Shown: in pieces, positions 1-11,448 of the stretch | Position numbering within the stretch: position 1 is the first letter of the stretch | How the letters are laid out: each line of letters starts with the position of its first letter | Origin: Octopus bimaculoides | Lineage: Eukaryota | Assembly: GCF_001194135.2 (NCBI RefSeq) | Contig: NC_069001.1 | Coordinates: 27,861,172 to 27,896,647, forward strand | Reading direction: 5' to 3' | DNA length: 35,476 nucleotides | Notes under the pieces: model-generated | Seen by the model: the letters and a program-made list of their open reading frames with translations, nothing else | Database searches by the model: none | Told to the model about the DNA's origin: nothing | Position numbers and translations under genes: made by a program

Positions 1-60
<60 letters not shown>

Positions 61-66
61 ATGTAT
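1..66. repeat. (TA)n/(TG)n compound microsatellite
   Basis: Directly visible dinucleotide runs. Confidence 0.95.
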
Positions 67-539
67 ACATGAATGCACCCCCTCCTATGGCTTTTTTCTG
101 TACCCATCCCTTAATTCCATTCTAAATTATCACCCCACATCATACACCTCACACATATTCATTACTTAGATCGATTCTTATCTTATCAAACCCATTCCCT
201 ACTCCTCTCCCATCCCCCTTCATATCTTGACCACCAGCTAACACCCCTTCTTTCATTTTTTTTCACTTACACTATTTTTCATTTTCTCTTCCTCCTTCTT
301 TCCTTCTTTCTCACCTTTGCCTTAGACCTCTCTCTTCCTTTTAACATACATATCCTTACTACCTCTACATTCTCAAATTTCCATTCGGGCCAAAAGATCG
401 ATTTGAATGAACAACACATGGAATGTACGTCTCCACACTTTCCATTTGTGTTGGCAAAGTATGAACTCCTATTGGAATTTACATACCACTTACAGGAGGT
501 ATTTCTACCACTTCTACACACCACTTTACTTAGATAATG

Positions 540-800
540 GAACTGCAACTATAACATCTTTATGCATTTTCATTTTTATTTCTTCATTCATTCTCCTATT
601 TCCCTATATACTTCTTATTTCCGTCCTTTTCGAAAGCAATTCCTCATATTGAATTCTAATATTTCCCTCCGTTTAACCATCTCACATCGTCTCTGATGAA
701 GGGATATCCCTAATATCCCTGAAACAGTTGTAAGACTAACATTCTCTTTATAAATGTCCTGAAAATTCCACACACCCTTGGCTTTGAAGTCACATTCCAT
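540..800 (+). mobile_element. Probable Penelope-like pseudo-LTR (pLTR) fragment carrying the hammerhead
   Basis: Inferred from the ribozyme type and the end in a (CA)n microsatellite at about 803. The left boundary is uncertain and the C/T-rich 70-540 stretch may belong to it. Confidence 0.55.
689..736 (+). ncRNA. Minimal type I hammerhead ribozyme (Penelope-like element type)
   Basis: Sequence reads GTCT-CTGATGA-AGGGATAT(CCCTA)ATATCCCT-GAA-AC(AGTT)GT-A-AGAC. Core CUGAUGA/GAAA is complete, stem II is a perfect 8 bp, stem I is GUCU/AGAC, stem III is 2 bp, and the GUA triplet predicts cleavage after A732. Confidence 0.88.
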
Positions 801-910
801 TTAACACACACACACACACACATGCACAAACAAATGCACACACACAGGCGCGCACACGCATATACACACACATATACACACACATACACGCATATATAAA
901 CATACACACA

Positions 911-1228
911 AGGCACAGAAGTAGCTGTATGGTAAGAAGCTTGCTTCCCAACCACATGGTTCCAGGTTCAGCCCCACTGGGGAATTGTCTTCTACTACAG
1001 CCTCGGGCCAACCAAAGCCTTGCGAGTGGATTTGATTGAGAGAAACTGAAAGAAACCCGTCTTACATACATATATGTGTCTATGTGTGTGTATTTGTGTG
1101 TCTGTGTTTGGTCTCCAACCATCGTCTGACAACCGATGTTGCTGCGTTTACGTCCCCGTAACTTAGCGATTCCGCAAAAAGGACTGATAGAATAAGTACT
1201 AGGCTTACAATGAATATGTCCTGAGATC
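911..1228 (+). mobile_element. tRNA-derived SINE, family A (internal microsatellite), 3'-truncated
   Basis: Head GTAGCTGTATGGTAAG...GGTTCCAGGTTCAGCCCC with A/B-box-like motifs. Homologous by eye to copies at 16471, 25823 and 32331. Confidence 0.85.
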
Positions 1229-1537
1229 TTACTTTTTGTAAGCCTACTACTTATTCTATTGGTCTCTTTCGCCGAATCACTAAATTACAGGCACATAAAC
1301 ACACCAACATTGGTTGTCAGACGATGGTTGGAGACCAAACACAGACACATAAATGCATGCACACACGCACACACACACCTCCAACACACACACGACATGT
1401 ATCTTTCAACTGTCGTCTATCAAATCCTTTCACAAGTCTTTGGTCAGCTCGAGACCAGAGTAGGTGCCACGCAGTGGGACTGAATCCAGAAACATGTTGT
1501 TGGGTAGAAACGTTCTTACCTCACAGCCACCATGCAC
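1229..1537 (-). mobile_element. SINE family A, inverted tail-to-tail with the preceding copy
   Basis: Reverse-complement homology, e.g. TTGTAAGCCTACTACTTATTCTAT and GGTGCCACGCAGTGGGACTGAATCC. Confidence 0.85.
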
Positions 1538-2215
1538 AGATTAATATCTATATGCATATGCATACACAAGTATATATAAATTTCGGCTACATTTTATAAT
1601 TCTAAGTTGTATGGCTGTTCGTGCTTGGAGATGTACCTTTTGTCCTACATATCTTTGGTTCTATATTCTATACAAATATTACTTATGTCTGTCTTCTCTA
1701 TTTTTCTTTGCTTCCTATGTAGTACAGTTTACAAACAGCGCGAAATATTTTTCACGCTGTGGACACGGTTGCATTACACGTCAATGCTTACATCAAAACC
1801 ATAATGATTTCCGATAGAGCAATTTATGACGCTAAGTCTATAGTTTATTTCCAATATATTGTTGTTATTGTGGCGTTTATATTTCTGCTTACACGTTCCT
1901 CCATTTGATTTTCTCTTTATTGTAGTTTCCATTTTGCAACATCTTCACAGTCTTCTGGTTTTGTATCCCTTGTTGTTTACATGTCTTCCATTGGCCGGGT
2001 TGTTTGTGGCAAAATCTATTTTATTCGTTTCTCTTCTCTCACATTATTTCTGTTGAATTTTATAAATGCTTTATATTTAGATGGACCAACGTTAATACTT
2101 TATTCTTAATAGCGAAGCATCGGAAATTTAGTGACGTTCAAAGTTTACTAGGTGAGAAATTAGCTGGGAATTACATAGCGGTAGAATTTTAAAATATAAT
2201 ATTATATTAAATAAT

Positions 2216-2434
2216 AAGGCGACGTGCTGGCCGAATCGATAACACATCGGCTAAAATACATAACAGCATTTCGACAGTTTTCAGATCGGAGTTCAAATTC
2301 CGCCGAGTTGATCTTTGCATTTCATCCTTTCGGGGTCGGTAAAAATAAATACCAGTTGAGAACTGGGGTTGATGTAATTGATTTAACCTTTCCCCGAAAT
2401 TGCTGGTCTTAAGCCAAAATTCGAAATCGATAAT
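2216..2434 (+). mobile_element. tRNA-derived SINE, family B (Deu/Nin-like central domain)
   Basis: GAGTTCAAATTCC B-box, then TTTCATCCTTTCGGGGTCGGTAAAA...TACCAGTT. Homologous to 4356, 23721 and the minus copies. The domain name is recognition from memory. Confidence 0.8.
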
Positions 2435-2671
2435 GTATTGAATAATGTACCTATGCATGTGCGTATACATATCTGCATGAATATGCACATGTATATATAT
2501 TTTTGAGTGGTTGTGTTGTTGTTGCATAATATACGTGTGCGTGTAAGTACAAGCATAGCTGTGGAAATAAAAATTTGCTTTGGGACGACATAATATTGGC
2601 TTCTTCCGTATTTGCTACTAATAATCATTGTTTAACTGTATTTTTTTTGTTTTGTTTTAGTCATTTGAAAT

Positions 2672-2771
2672 GTGTATGTGTGTGATGAGATTCTGTGTGT
2701 GCGTATGTGTGTTTGATGAGACTCTGTGTGTGTGATGAGACTGCGTGGGTGTATGTGTGAGGAAACTCTGC

Positions 2772-2802
<31 letters not shown>
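2672..2802. repeat. (TG)n microsatellite with 3-4 embedded TGATGAGAYTCTG units
   Basis: Units start at 2683, 2714 and 2733, with a variant near 2757. Confidence 0.85.
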
Positions 2803-2804
<2 letters not shown>

Positions 2805-3640
2805 TGCCATGCAGAAAAGCATCGGCCATTAGGTCGATTTTCTGATATATAATTTTTTGAAATAGATTTGTATATACTCGTGTATTCAGGTTTAATTATC
2901 ATGTTTTGTGCCACTAAACAATATATACACCTACTTGCCGTGTGGAGCATCTTATTATGAACATAATTTAGGTTAATATACCTCTAGTTGACTAAGTACT
3001 AAAGAAAACAGAGTATTTTTCTAATTTAGAGTGTGCTGAACAAGATGAACAGTCCTGGATTGGAAAAAAAATGTGGATAATCCAGAAAATCCTTAGGACT
3101 TATAGTTCAGGATCTTCGATGTTGTACACACACACTCATATNNNNNNNNNNNNNNNNNNNNNNNNNNNNNNNNNNNNNNNNNNNNNNNNNNNNNNNNNNN
3201 NNNNNNNNNNNNNNNNNNNNNNNNNNNNNNNNNNNNNNNNNTTTTTTATGATGGGTAATTTCTTACCAGAGGAAAGAAACATTATACACGTGTGTTATGT
3301 TTAATAATTTGAGCCATAGTTAATTTTTATATCAAAGCGAATAGGCTTCCCATTTTCTGTTGATCAATTCAACGAAATGATGCCGAAAAAAAAACTATCA
3401 ATTATATATTTGTCTCGCGACCTAGTAAATAAATGTTGATGGGTAATAATTTCAAATTACACGATCTCCTTCTTGAGATTGCATTAAATTTTCTTTTTAT
3501 GTATTCTGTTTTACATAAAATACTGTAACTTCCCGTGCAAGTTAAATAATTGTTCTATAATAATTCTCCATAATAAACAAACAAACATATTCATAAGAGA
3601 TCCATGTAAATATGTGTGCCATGACACATTTAAATAAACT

Positions 3641-3823
3641 AATAATAATAATAGTTTTAAATTTTGCCACAAGGGCAATCTTTTGGAGATAAGTCAATTA
3701 CATCGACCCCAGCGTTCAACCGGTACTTATTTTATCGGCCTCGAAAGGATGAAAGGCAAAGTCGATCTCGACTGAATTTGAACTCAGACCGGCGCGCTAA
3801 GGATTAAGCTTGCGCGCCGCCTT
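3641..3823 (-). mobile_element. SINE family B with deletion in the head and (AAT)n tail
   Basis: GGTACTTATTTTATCGGCCTCGAAAGGATGAAAGGCAAAGTCGA...TTTGAACTCAG is the reverse complement of the B core. Confidence 0.82.
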
Positions 3824-4355
3824 AAACTAAATGGTAATAATAGAATGTGGTTTATAAATTCGTGTGTTTGATTCTGTGTGCTTGTGGGTGCATAATAGCA
3901 AAAATATTTACTTCACTCTGTTCAGAATAATTTGCTGAATGTAAATCACACTTCATGGAAACAATAAGTTTTATATATGGAAAATCTTATTACTAAGCGG
4001 CAAATTAACCGTATAACCTCTATATTAAAATATATGTCAATTAACACAATCTCTTATTTTTTTAAAACAATAGACGCTGTTCTACATTATTCTATTCCTT
4101 TTTTTAAGGTATTATTGTGTTCTTTGAGTATGATTTGTTTATTATTTCCAGCAAATCACGTTCAAGATACATCTATTTTCACATTGCAAGCTCACATCAT
4201 GCTTGGTTAAAACTCATCCATTAACATTTTAAATCGTTCACGACTTAACAACCCTCCCCTGATGGCAATGTTTCACCTAAGGAAATATTAGCTTGTATTT
4301 CTAGCGAGTCGAACGAATTTCTTGGTTAATTTTTTTTATATATTACAATGTCGTT

Positions 4356-4568
4356 ATGGCAGCGAGCTGGCAGAATAGTTAGCACGCTTAGCGGTATTCC
4401 GTCCGTTTTTATCTTCTGAGTTCAAATTCTGCCGAGGTGCACTTTGCCTTTCATTTTTTCTTAGTTGAAAATAAAGTAGCAGTTGATCCTTGTAATTGAG
4501 TTAATCAACGTAGTACATTCTCACAAATTACTGACCTTCTGGCCAAATTTGAAACCAACATTATAGTA
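4356..4568 (+). mobile_element. SINE family B, diverged
   Basis: GGCAGCGAGCTGGCAGAATAGTTAGCACG...CTGAGTTCAAATTCTGCCGAGG...TTTGAAACCAACATTAT. Confidence 0.8.
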
Positions 4569-7219
4569 TTTGTTAAATCTGTGGTTTGTTGAATATATAC
4601 AACTAGGTCTAGTAGTTTATTTTTCGGTTATGAAAAGGCCAGTCTTAAATATATTCTTTGCGGTGTAATTATGACAACTTTGTTATTCATTCTTCCATCT
4701 GATGTCTTTCTTTCTCTCTTTCTTTTTCTACTTTACATTGGGATACGCTACACAGTCAGCGGTCCATCTGAGTGACCACTAATACTGTCATTAACTATCA
4801 AAATAGGGGCTGACAAACACATCTCAAATAGTGCTACAAAAAATCACACAAATGAACAAGAGATGGGCGTCCACGAACTTATGAATTGTAGGCGTGTATG
4901 ATCTTATGAATTGTGCGATGCAATAATTTTTTGAAAATAGATTTCAAAATAAATGGAGACTATGCATATTGGCTGTTGTTTCAAGAATATCTTTATTTAG
5001 GTTTTCAATAGGGGAAAAACCACTAGTGATTGTCAGAGACAGTACTGGAAGACAGTTAAGGTTAGTGTATTTGCCTTTTTAAGTGTAGAGGTACCTAAAA
5101 TTATCTCAATCTCAATATTGATAATGTTTAAGGAAACAAAGTGTATCTTTCTTGCTTTTGTTGTTGCAGTAATTTGGATCTGTTCTAGCAGATATATCAG
5201 ACCACATTCCGACTTCTACTGGCACTTAATTACTCAGTCTTCATCAGCAGTTGCCTTTTGATTTCTGTTGAAACAGAAGAAACTATCACGGCTTATTTTC
5301 GTCCTGTGTAGATCACATTTGTGTTCGTTGACTAAGAAAACTGAAAGACTGTAATACCTGCGTAACTGCATGAGTGCCTGGAGCTAAGAGCACGAACATC
5401 ATTACTGTACAAGAACTGTGAGAGACAAAAAGGACTACTGAGATAACAATAATTTCCTGAATTCATTATTAGAATCTGTGAGTGACTGGATAGACACAGT
5501 ATCAGGTGAAGTGTCATTTTGTATTCTTGTCTAGCTAAACAGATTGAGTAGCTAGGCAAATTGATTAAGTGGTGGTTTCCAACGCGTTCTGACAAAGGAC
5601 TGCTGTGCATTGCTATTATTTCAGCGCATAGCAAACTTTAATGACAGTCATTCAAATAATCCACCATCTTTAATTATTTGTTTGACATATAGTGTATGTT
5701 AAGCCATCCTATGTACATTCCATTTCTCAGCTGTCAAGGTAAAAGCGTAGTCACCTTTCTGACGGTAGTTCTAACTGCTATATGAATCCATTCTAGAGAC
5801 TTATTATAGATTCGGTGAGTGGCATTATATTTGTACCAATATTAGAAAACCCTCTTGCGTATGTGGCTTTCATGGAGGTTACTTTGATGAGAAACATATT
5901 CAAGCAAATAATGGCATCTGATTTTTTTTTTTTTTTGCTTGTTTGCATCTCATTTGAGGCATTTGAATGTGAAGGGGATGAATTATTGAAGAGGAACATA
6001 AATTTTTTTAGTTGTAATTGTGTATAATGTACACAATAATTCTAACAGTTGTAATTAAAGCCAAAAAGTGCTTTCAATACGGATAGCCTTACTAGACCGT
6101 CTCGTCATTTTTATGTCTAAATTCAAGGAGAGAAAGGTATGATTTAATTCAAATTCTCCTTCTAATACTAGGAGGTCATCTGAACGCGAAGTTGATCCCG
6201 TGTAACTGTAGATAGCGGAGCACAAACTGAAATTCATATTAAAGATGGACAATAGCTGAAACTAGAGCTATTCTTCGGCGAATAATAAAAACACATACAG
6301 AAGTGTTAAATGCAATTTCACAGTGGTTTTGTGTTGTGTTCATAGAAAAATCTTGGTTGAAAAGTGAAAGACAAATGTGAAAAGTATAGGAAATCACTAT
6401 TTGGCAAGATATCATAAAATTTGAATGTAGTTTGGTAATTGCAACCACATCTTCTTGGTGCAAGTCAGTTTTACAGATACACAGAGCGAAGCAAACAATT
6501 AGGCACATACACAAGTGCAAGGCTCTATTGTGTGCAGTCTAAACGTTTTTAATTTCTCATCGCCAGCTGTGCGATGCACTGATGCATCCTTAAAATCAGA
6601 AACGTTTACCGTTGCTGCTTAGCTCCAGATAATCCTACAGCAAGTCTTCGTTGTTCGGTCTAACCACGACCGTCCTGTAAATTTGAATATATTTATATGT
6701 ACATTATCGACTCAAAATTTGCTACAGTATAACCGTACTCTGTAACTCAATGGAAATGCGGCTGCTACTTCTAGCCTACCTAGCAACTTCATAGAATGTT
6801 TACTACGGTAGGTAGTAGACAACAATTTACTTTTCGCGTTTAGCCTCTTTTATCCGCATTCTTCCTAATGTAGACACATCACAAAACTTAATGAAATAAT
6901 TATCTGAGCTTTTTTTTGTGTGTGTGATTTATATTATTCAGTTGTGTCTGAGAAACATAAAGTTAACCCTACACAATGTATCCTTCTGGTGACATCAATT
7001 ATTCTAATTATCGATGAGTAAATTTTCTGTACTTTCGATTATGCATTTTATGTTCTACTAACAGATGTTTGCGCTTCAGGATTAATTACTCCTTCACTGT
7101 TAGATACAAAATAACAGAATAACATACATACATACATTCTTTTCTTTTCTTTCCTGGGCGTCTAATAACACAGTACGTGTACCACAGACACGCGTTGTTG
7201 TTTTTCTTGCTTGCACTTG

Positions 7220-7481
7220 TTTATATATGTACTCACACACACATGCATATGTGTGTCTATACGTATATTCGTGTATATATAAATATATATATATATATGT
7301 GTGTGTGTGTGTACATACATATATATGTATATATACATACATATATTTATATATATATGTATATTTATCTATCTATCTATCTATCTATCTGTCTATCTAT
7401 CTATATATNNNNNNNNNNNNNNNNNNNNNNNNNNNNNNNNNNNNNNNNNNNNNNNNNNNNNNNNNNNNNNNNNNNNNNNNN

Positions 7482-7531
<50 letters not shown>

Positions 7532-7540
7532 TGTGTGTAA
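7220..7540. repeat. Compound (TA)/(TG)/(TCTA) microsatellite spanning gap 7409-7481
   Basis: Directly visible. Confidence 0.95.
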
Positions 7541-7858
7541 GGCGCTTCTTTAATTCAATAAGTGCAACATAAGTCGTTAAACTTTAAGCGGTCATATACT
7601 TTAATTATGGATGTTAGTATATAAGATGAGATAGATGGAGGAAAATAAAGAGATACATGTATAGTGGTATAGTGGGGAAATCGGATTAAGTTACAATACG
7701 TGCGAGAGAAAATGAAAAAGAGTAACATCTCACGTACCAAATGTAAACAAAAAGAAATCACACAGAAAATGTGTTCTAGTTAAACTTTCTTTTCTTCATT
7801 CTATGTAACGATATGTCTTAGTGTTTTGTTGAAACGTCTTTTATTCATTTCCCATTCA

Positions 7859-7990
7859 TGTTATTATTATTATTATTATCATTATTATTATTATTATTAT
7901 CATTATTATTATTATTATTGTTGTTGTTGTTGTTATCATGGTCTTCATCATCTTCATCAGTATTATTATTATTCGTATTATTATTATTAG
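7859..7990. repeat. (ATT)/(GTT)/(ATC) trinucleotide compound microsatellite
   Basis: Directly visible; explains the poly-Leu and poly-Asn pseudo-ORFs. Confidence 0.95.
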
Positions 7991-9039
7991 TTTTCTTTTG
8001 CTTTGTTTTGTCATGTTTGAATGCACATTGTAGGTATTGACTACTGGAAAATGAAATTAACGTTCTCACTTTTTTTCCCATCAGGTCTGGAAATTAGATA
8101 GAAATTTGTTTCCTTAGGATATTTCTAGTTCCATGCAATGCAGATTTGTCTATAGTATTTTGTTGGTTTTGATTGTGTCTATGTTTTGCTTTATCTATAT
8201 TTGTTCTTGTTTGAGGTAAAATAGAAGCTTATTTTAGGAACAGAATTCTAGAGATGTTCCAGCTTTTATAAAGATTACGTATATTTCTCTTTCTGCATTG
8301 TTCAAAATTCGAACTGCATCTAACAATACTCATCAATGTTGCATACATTATTTTTGTTACCTTTTATAGTTTTAAATTTATTCTCTCACTAGTATGTGTC
8401 ACTAAATTACGTGCATGTTAAATAAACCAGCATCGTTAAGGTTTTTTACTTCATCGCACCGAGCCCCGTATAAATTTTATCGATCCAATAAATACTACGT
8501 TCATTTTTAACTTAACTCTGAGTCATACAGATGTATTTGACAAAATATATGTTAATTCAAATAACGAACAGGAAGGCATTCACCAATGTGCTCAATACAA
8601 GGGCAATATCATATATAATTATATATATATATGTACACATATATATACATATATATATATATCCATATATATATATATATATATATATATATNNNNNNNN
8701 NNNNNNNNNNNNNNNNNNNNNNNNNNNNNNNNNNNNNNNNNNNNNNNNNNNNNNNNNNNNNNNNNNNNNNNNNNNNNNNNNNNNNNNNNNNNNNNNNNNN
8801 NNNNNNNNNNNNNNNNNNNNNNNNNNNNNNNNNNNNNNNNNNNNNNNNNNNNNNNNNNNNNNNNNNNNNNNNNNNNNNNNNNNNNNNNNNNNNNNNNNNN
8901 NNNNNNNNNNNNNNNNNNNNNNNNNNNNNNNNNNNNNNNNNNNNNNNNNNNNNNNNNNNNNNNNNNNNNATATATATGTATATATGTATGTATGTATGTT
9001 TGTTGTCTTTCTGTGGATTGTTGGGATGCTAGTTCCGGT

Positions 9040-10200
9040 TGTTTTAGTTGTATGTAGTTTAAAAAGTCCATATTATCCCGGACAAAGTTCGGTATCATTT
9101 TGCATAAACATTTTAGAACAATATCTATTAAGCTGCTTAAGTTTTGTGCACTGGATACTGGTCCTGCAATGATTGGTCTCTGGGTTTCGAAATTTCGGCA
9201 TATATTTCCTTTTATTTTGTCGTGGATATCTTGTTGCTAGTGGTTCTTAGGTAATCCTTAGAAGTCAATGGTTTTTACTTCGAAGTTAAATAATTAACTT
9301 CTTTCTCAGTGAGGTTATTACAATATTTTGAGACCAGTCTATGTATTTTGCTCATGATATTTTCATCCTAGTTTTGTTCTAGCTTCTTAAAAAAGTGTTG
9401 GACGTTAATTTGTTCCGTAACCATATCACTGTAATTGTTCTTGTCCAATGATAACTATTGCTCCACCTTTGTCAGCTTCTTTGAAAAATATCGATGAGTC
9501 TTTTTTCATTTTTTTTTTTTACTTGGACTTGATCTTTATATATTCTAGATTTACATTTCCACTCTGTCATATTAGATTGAGCTGATTGTCGTAGGTAGCT
9601 AATATATTCATCTAAGTGTTTGTCTGTATTTGAGGGAGGTCTAAATCCTGCTCTGTTTTTAACCACTGATTCGTCTGTGTATCCCGTGTTCAGAACAAAT
9701 TCTTTCAATTGTAATTCCCGGCAAAAGTCCTCTGTGTCCTTTGTGAGTTCAGCCTGGTTGGGTTTTGGAATGGGTGTGAATTACAATCCATTTTCCAAGA
9801 GTTTAATTCCTTCTTAATATAACATCTTCGTGGATAAATTTAGTATTTTCAGTTTGCTTATGTGTTTGTTTTCTAATCTCTCATGAAGAATGGTATTAAT
9901 ATTTCTTATTTTGATGGTAGATTTCCTGTCTTGAAAAGTGGTTTCCATTGTAGTTGGAAGAGCTTGTATATGATAATATTTAACACAACAATGACCCCCA
10001 AAATCTTCATTTGCTCCTTTCGTATTACTCTGATACACCGATTGGTTGCATTCAGAAATTTCCTTGCGAAGCAATCATATAATATAACATCTGTAATGTG
10101 TAACACTCACCATATACCTAAACACAATGATTCTTCCAAAAACTTAGAAGAACTATTACATAAGTGGTACCTGCAATGTCGAAACAGAATGTTTCATATT
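9040..10200 (-). pseudogene. Decayed Penelope-like element ORF (N-terminal region plus start of reverse transcriptase)
   Basis: Joined frames give KILNLSTK..LLENGL*FTPIPKPNQAEL..DFCRELQLKEF, KEADKGGAIVI, GLPKNH, RPIIAGP..LSSLIDIVLK..IPNFVRDNMDFLN. These match the PLE motifs GLxFTPTP, KPADKGGAVV, GLPKIH and RPII...DFL. Several stops and frameshifts; truncated before the catalytic DD motif. Upper boundary uncertain. Confidence 0.85.
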
Positions 10201-11182
10201 CCAAGAGAAGAGTCTCTCTTGTTTGAAGTGTATTATTACATCATGTTATTAGATCAGAAGGTCTCTTTAGTTTTGTGGCTTCAACTGCCGGCGGCAATTT
10301 TATGTCATCTTATTATTCTGTCTCGATTTCCTTTGCGCGGATACCATCACAGAATTACACTTTCTACCAGAATTTACATGATCTTTCTGCAGTGTATATT
10401 TTATTTCGTCCTCTTTCTCCTTTTTTTTTATTTTCACTTGTTTCAAAAACCTTTCAGTAAACATCTATACATATTAGCATTGCCATTCTAAGCTATGTTG
10501 AGAATTGTTTCATTATACACAGTGCATTCAAAGATTCCTTTCATTTTGAATTTGTCTTTCTATATCGTTGTTTATGTTGTCTCAAGCAGTACCTGTTTTA
10601 AATGCACATTAAGTCACAAAAGCTTGCTTTATTTTTTACTCTTTTTACTTTGTTTTGTTTCATGTAGTATGAACCTAAATAAATATTGGCAATGTACTCC
10701 TTCGCACATATAATTATTCTGTATTTGTATGCTTCATTTCTCTTTTGTTGGTGTCTGAGTATTGATTGTTAATAGAACTATATATTTTAGACCATTGTTT
10801 GAGGGCAATAAATACAGTAATGTCTATTGCCAGATTTGTGAGCATCTTTATTCTATTCGCATGTATCTGACACGCTCTATTAAGCATTGTCTACTAATAA
10901 CAAAGATACGTTTAAACACATTATTCTTCTGCGGTCTACGCGTTAAAACAAAAATAGCAAAGACGTTGAAAAAAATCTTTACAAGTTTATTTCAAATATT
11001 GAACAGGTTATACAATGTGCATGATATGCAAACTTATTGAAATATGGAGATTCTTTGGGCTATATTGTGTTTGTCTCAACTAAATTTTTAATGGATTCTT
11101 TGAGTGGGAATTCTTATTTGTTTTGACATTCCAGCAAAATATCATTTTAGTATTTTTTATAAGATACTAACTCTTTATATTA

Positions 11183-11448
11183 GTTTCAAATTTTGACACA
11201 AGGACAGAAGTTTAGAGGAAGTGAATAATTCGATTACTCTGACCCCATTACTCAACTGGTACTTATTTTATCGACCCCTTAAGACATGAAAATGGACGAA
11301 TTGCCGCTGAGCATTTCGCTCAATGTGCTGACGACTTTGCCCTACGAAGGGATGGAATGCAAACTCGACCTAGATGGAACTTGAACTCAGAACGTGAGGA
11401 TGGAGTAAATGCTGCTGAGCATTTTGTCTCAACGTCTAATGAACGCTA
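11183..11448 (-). mobile_element. SINE family B with internal partial duplication of the head segment
   Basis: CTGGTACTTATTTTATCGACCCC core; GCTGAGCATTT..CTCAA occurs twice (about 11305 and about 11415). Confidence 0.75.

Noticed and set aside
1735-1760. Small hairpins (1735-1760, 5527-5559, 23194-23221, 3791-3818)
   Set aside because: Stems of 7-11 bp without supporting context such as a Helitron CTRR end; one arises from a SINE deletion. Not enough evidence for a function.
4780-4800. TAATACTGTCA matches the first 11 nt of miR-8/miR-200 family sequences
   Set aside because: The rest does not match and there is no precursor hairpin. No conserved miRNA was recognised in the window.
5198-5247. 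Box C/D-like motifs on the minus strand and an 11-nt match (ATTCCGACTTC) antisense to 28S rRNA on the plus strand
   Set aside because: Boxes and guide are on opposite strands, there is no terminal stem, the length is too short, and an 11-nt rRNA match is expected by chance.
7155-7200. CTAATAA...ACAC/GTGT...GACACGCGTT, possibly a very decayed hammerhead
   Set aside because: At least three core positions are wrong; it cannot be distinguished from chance.
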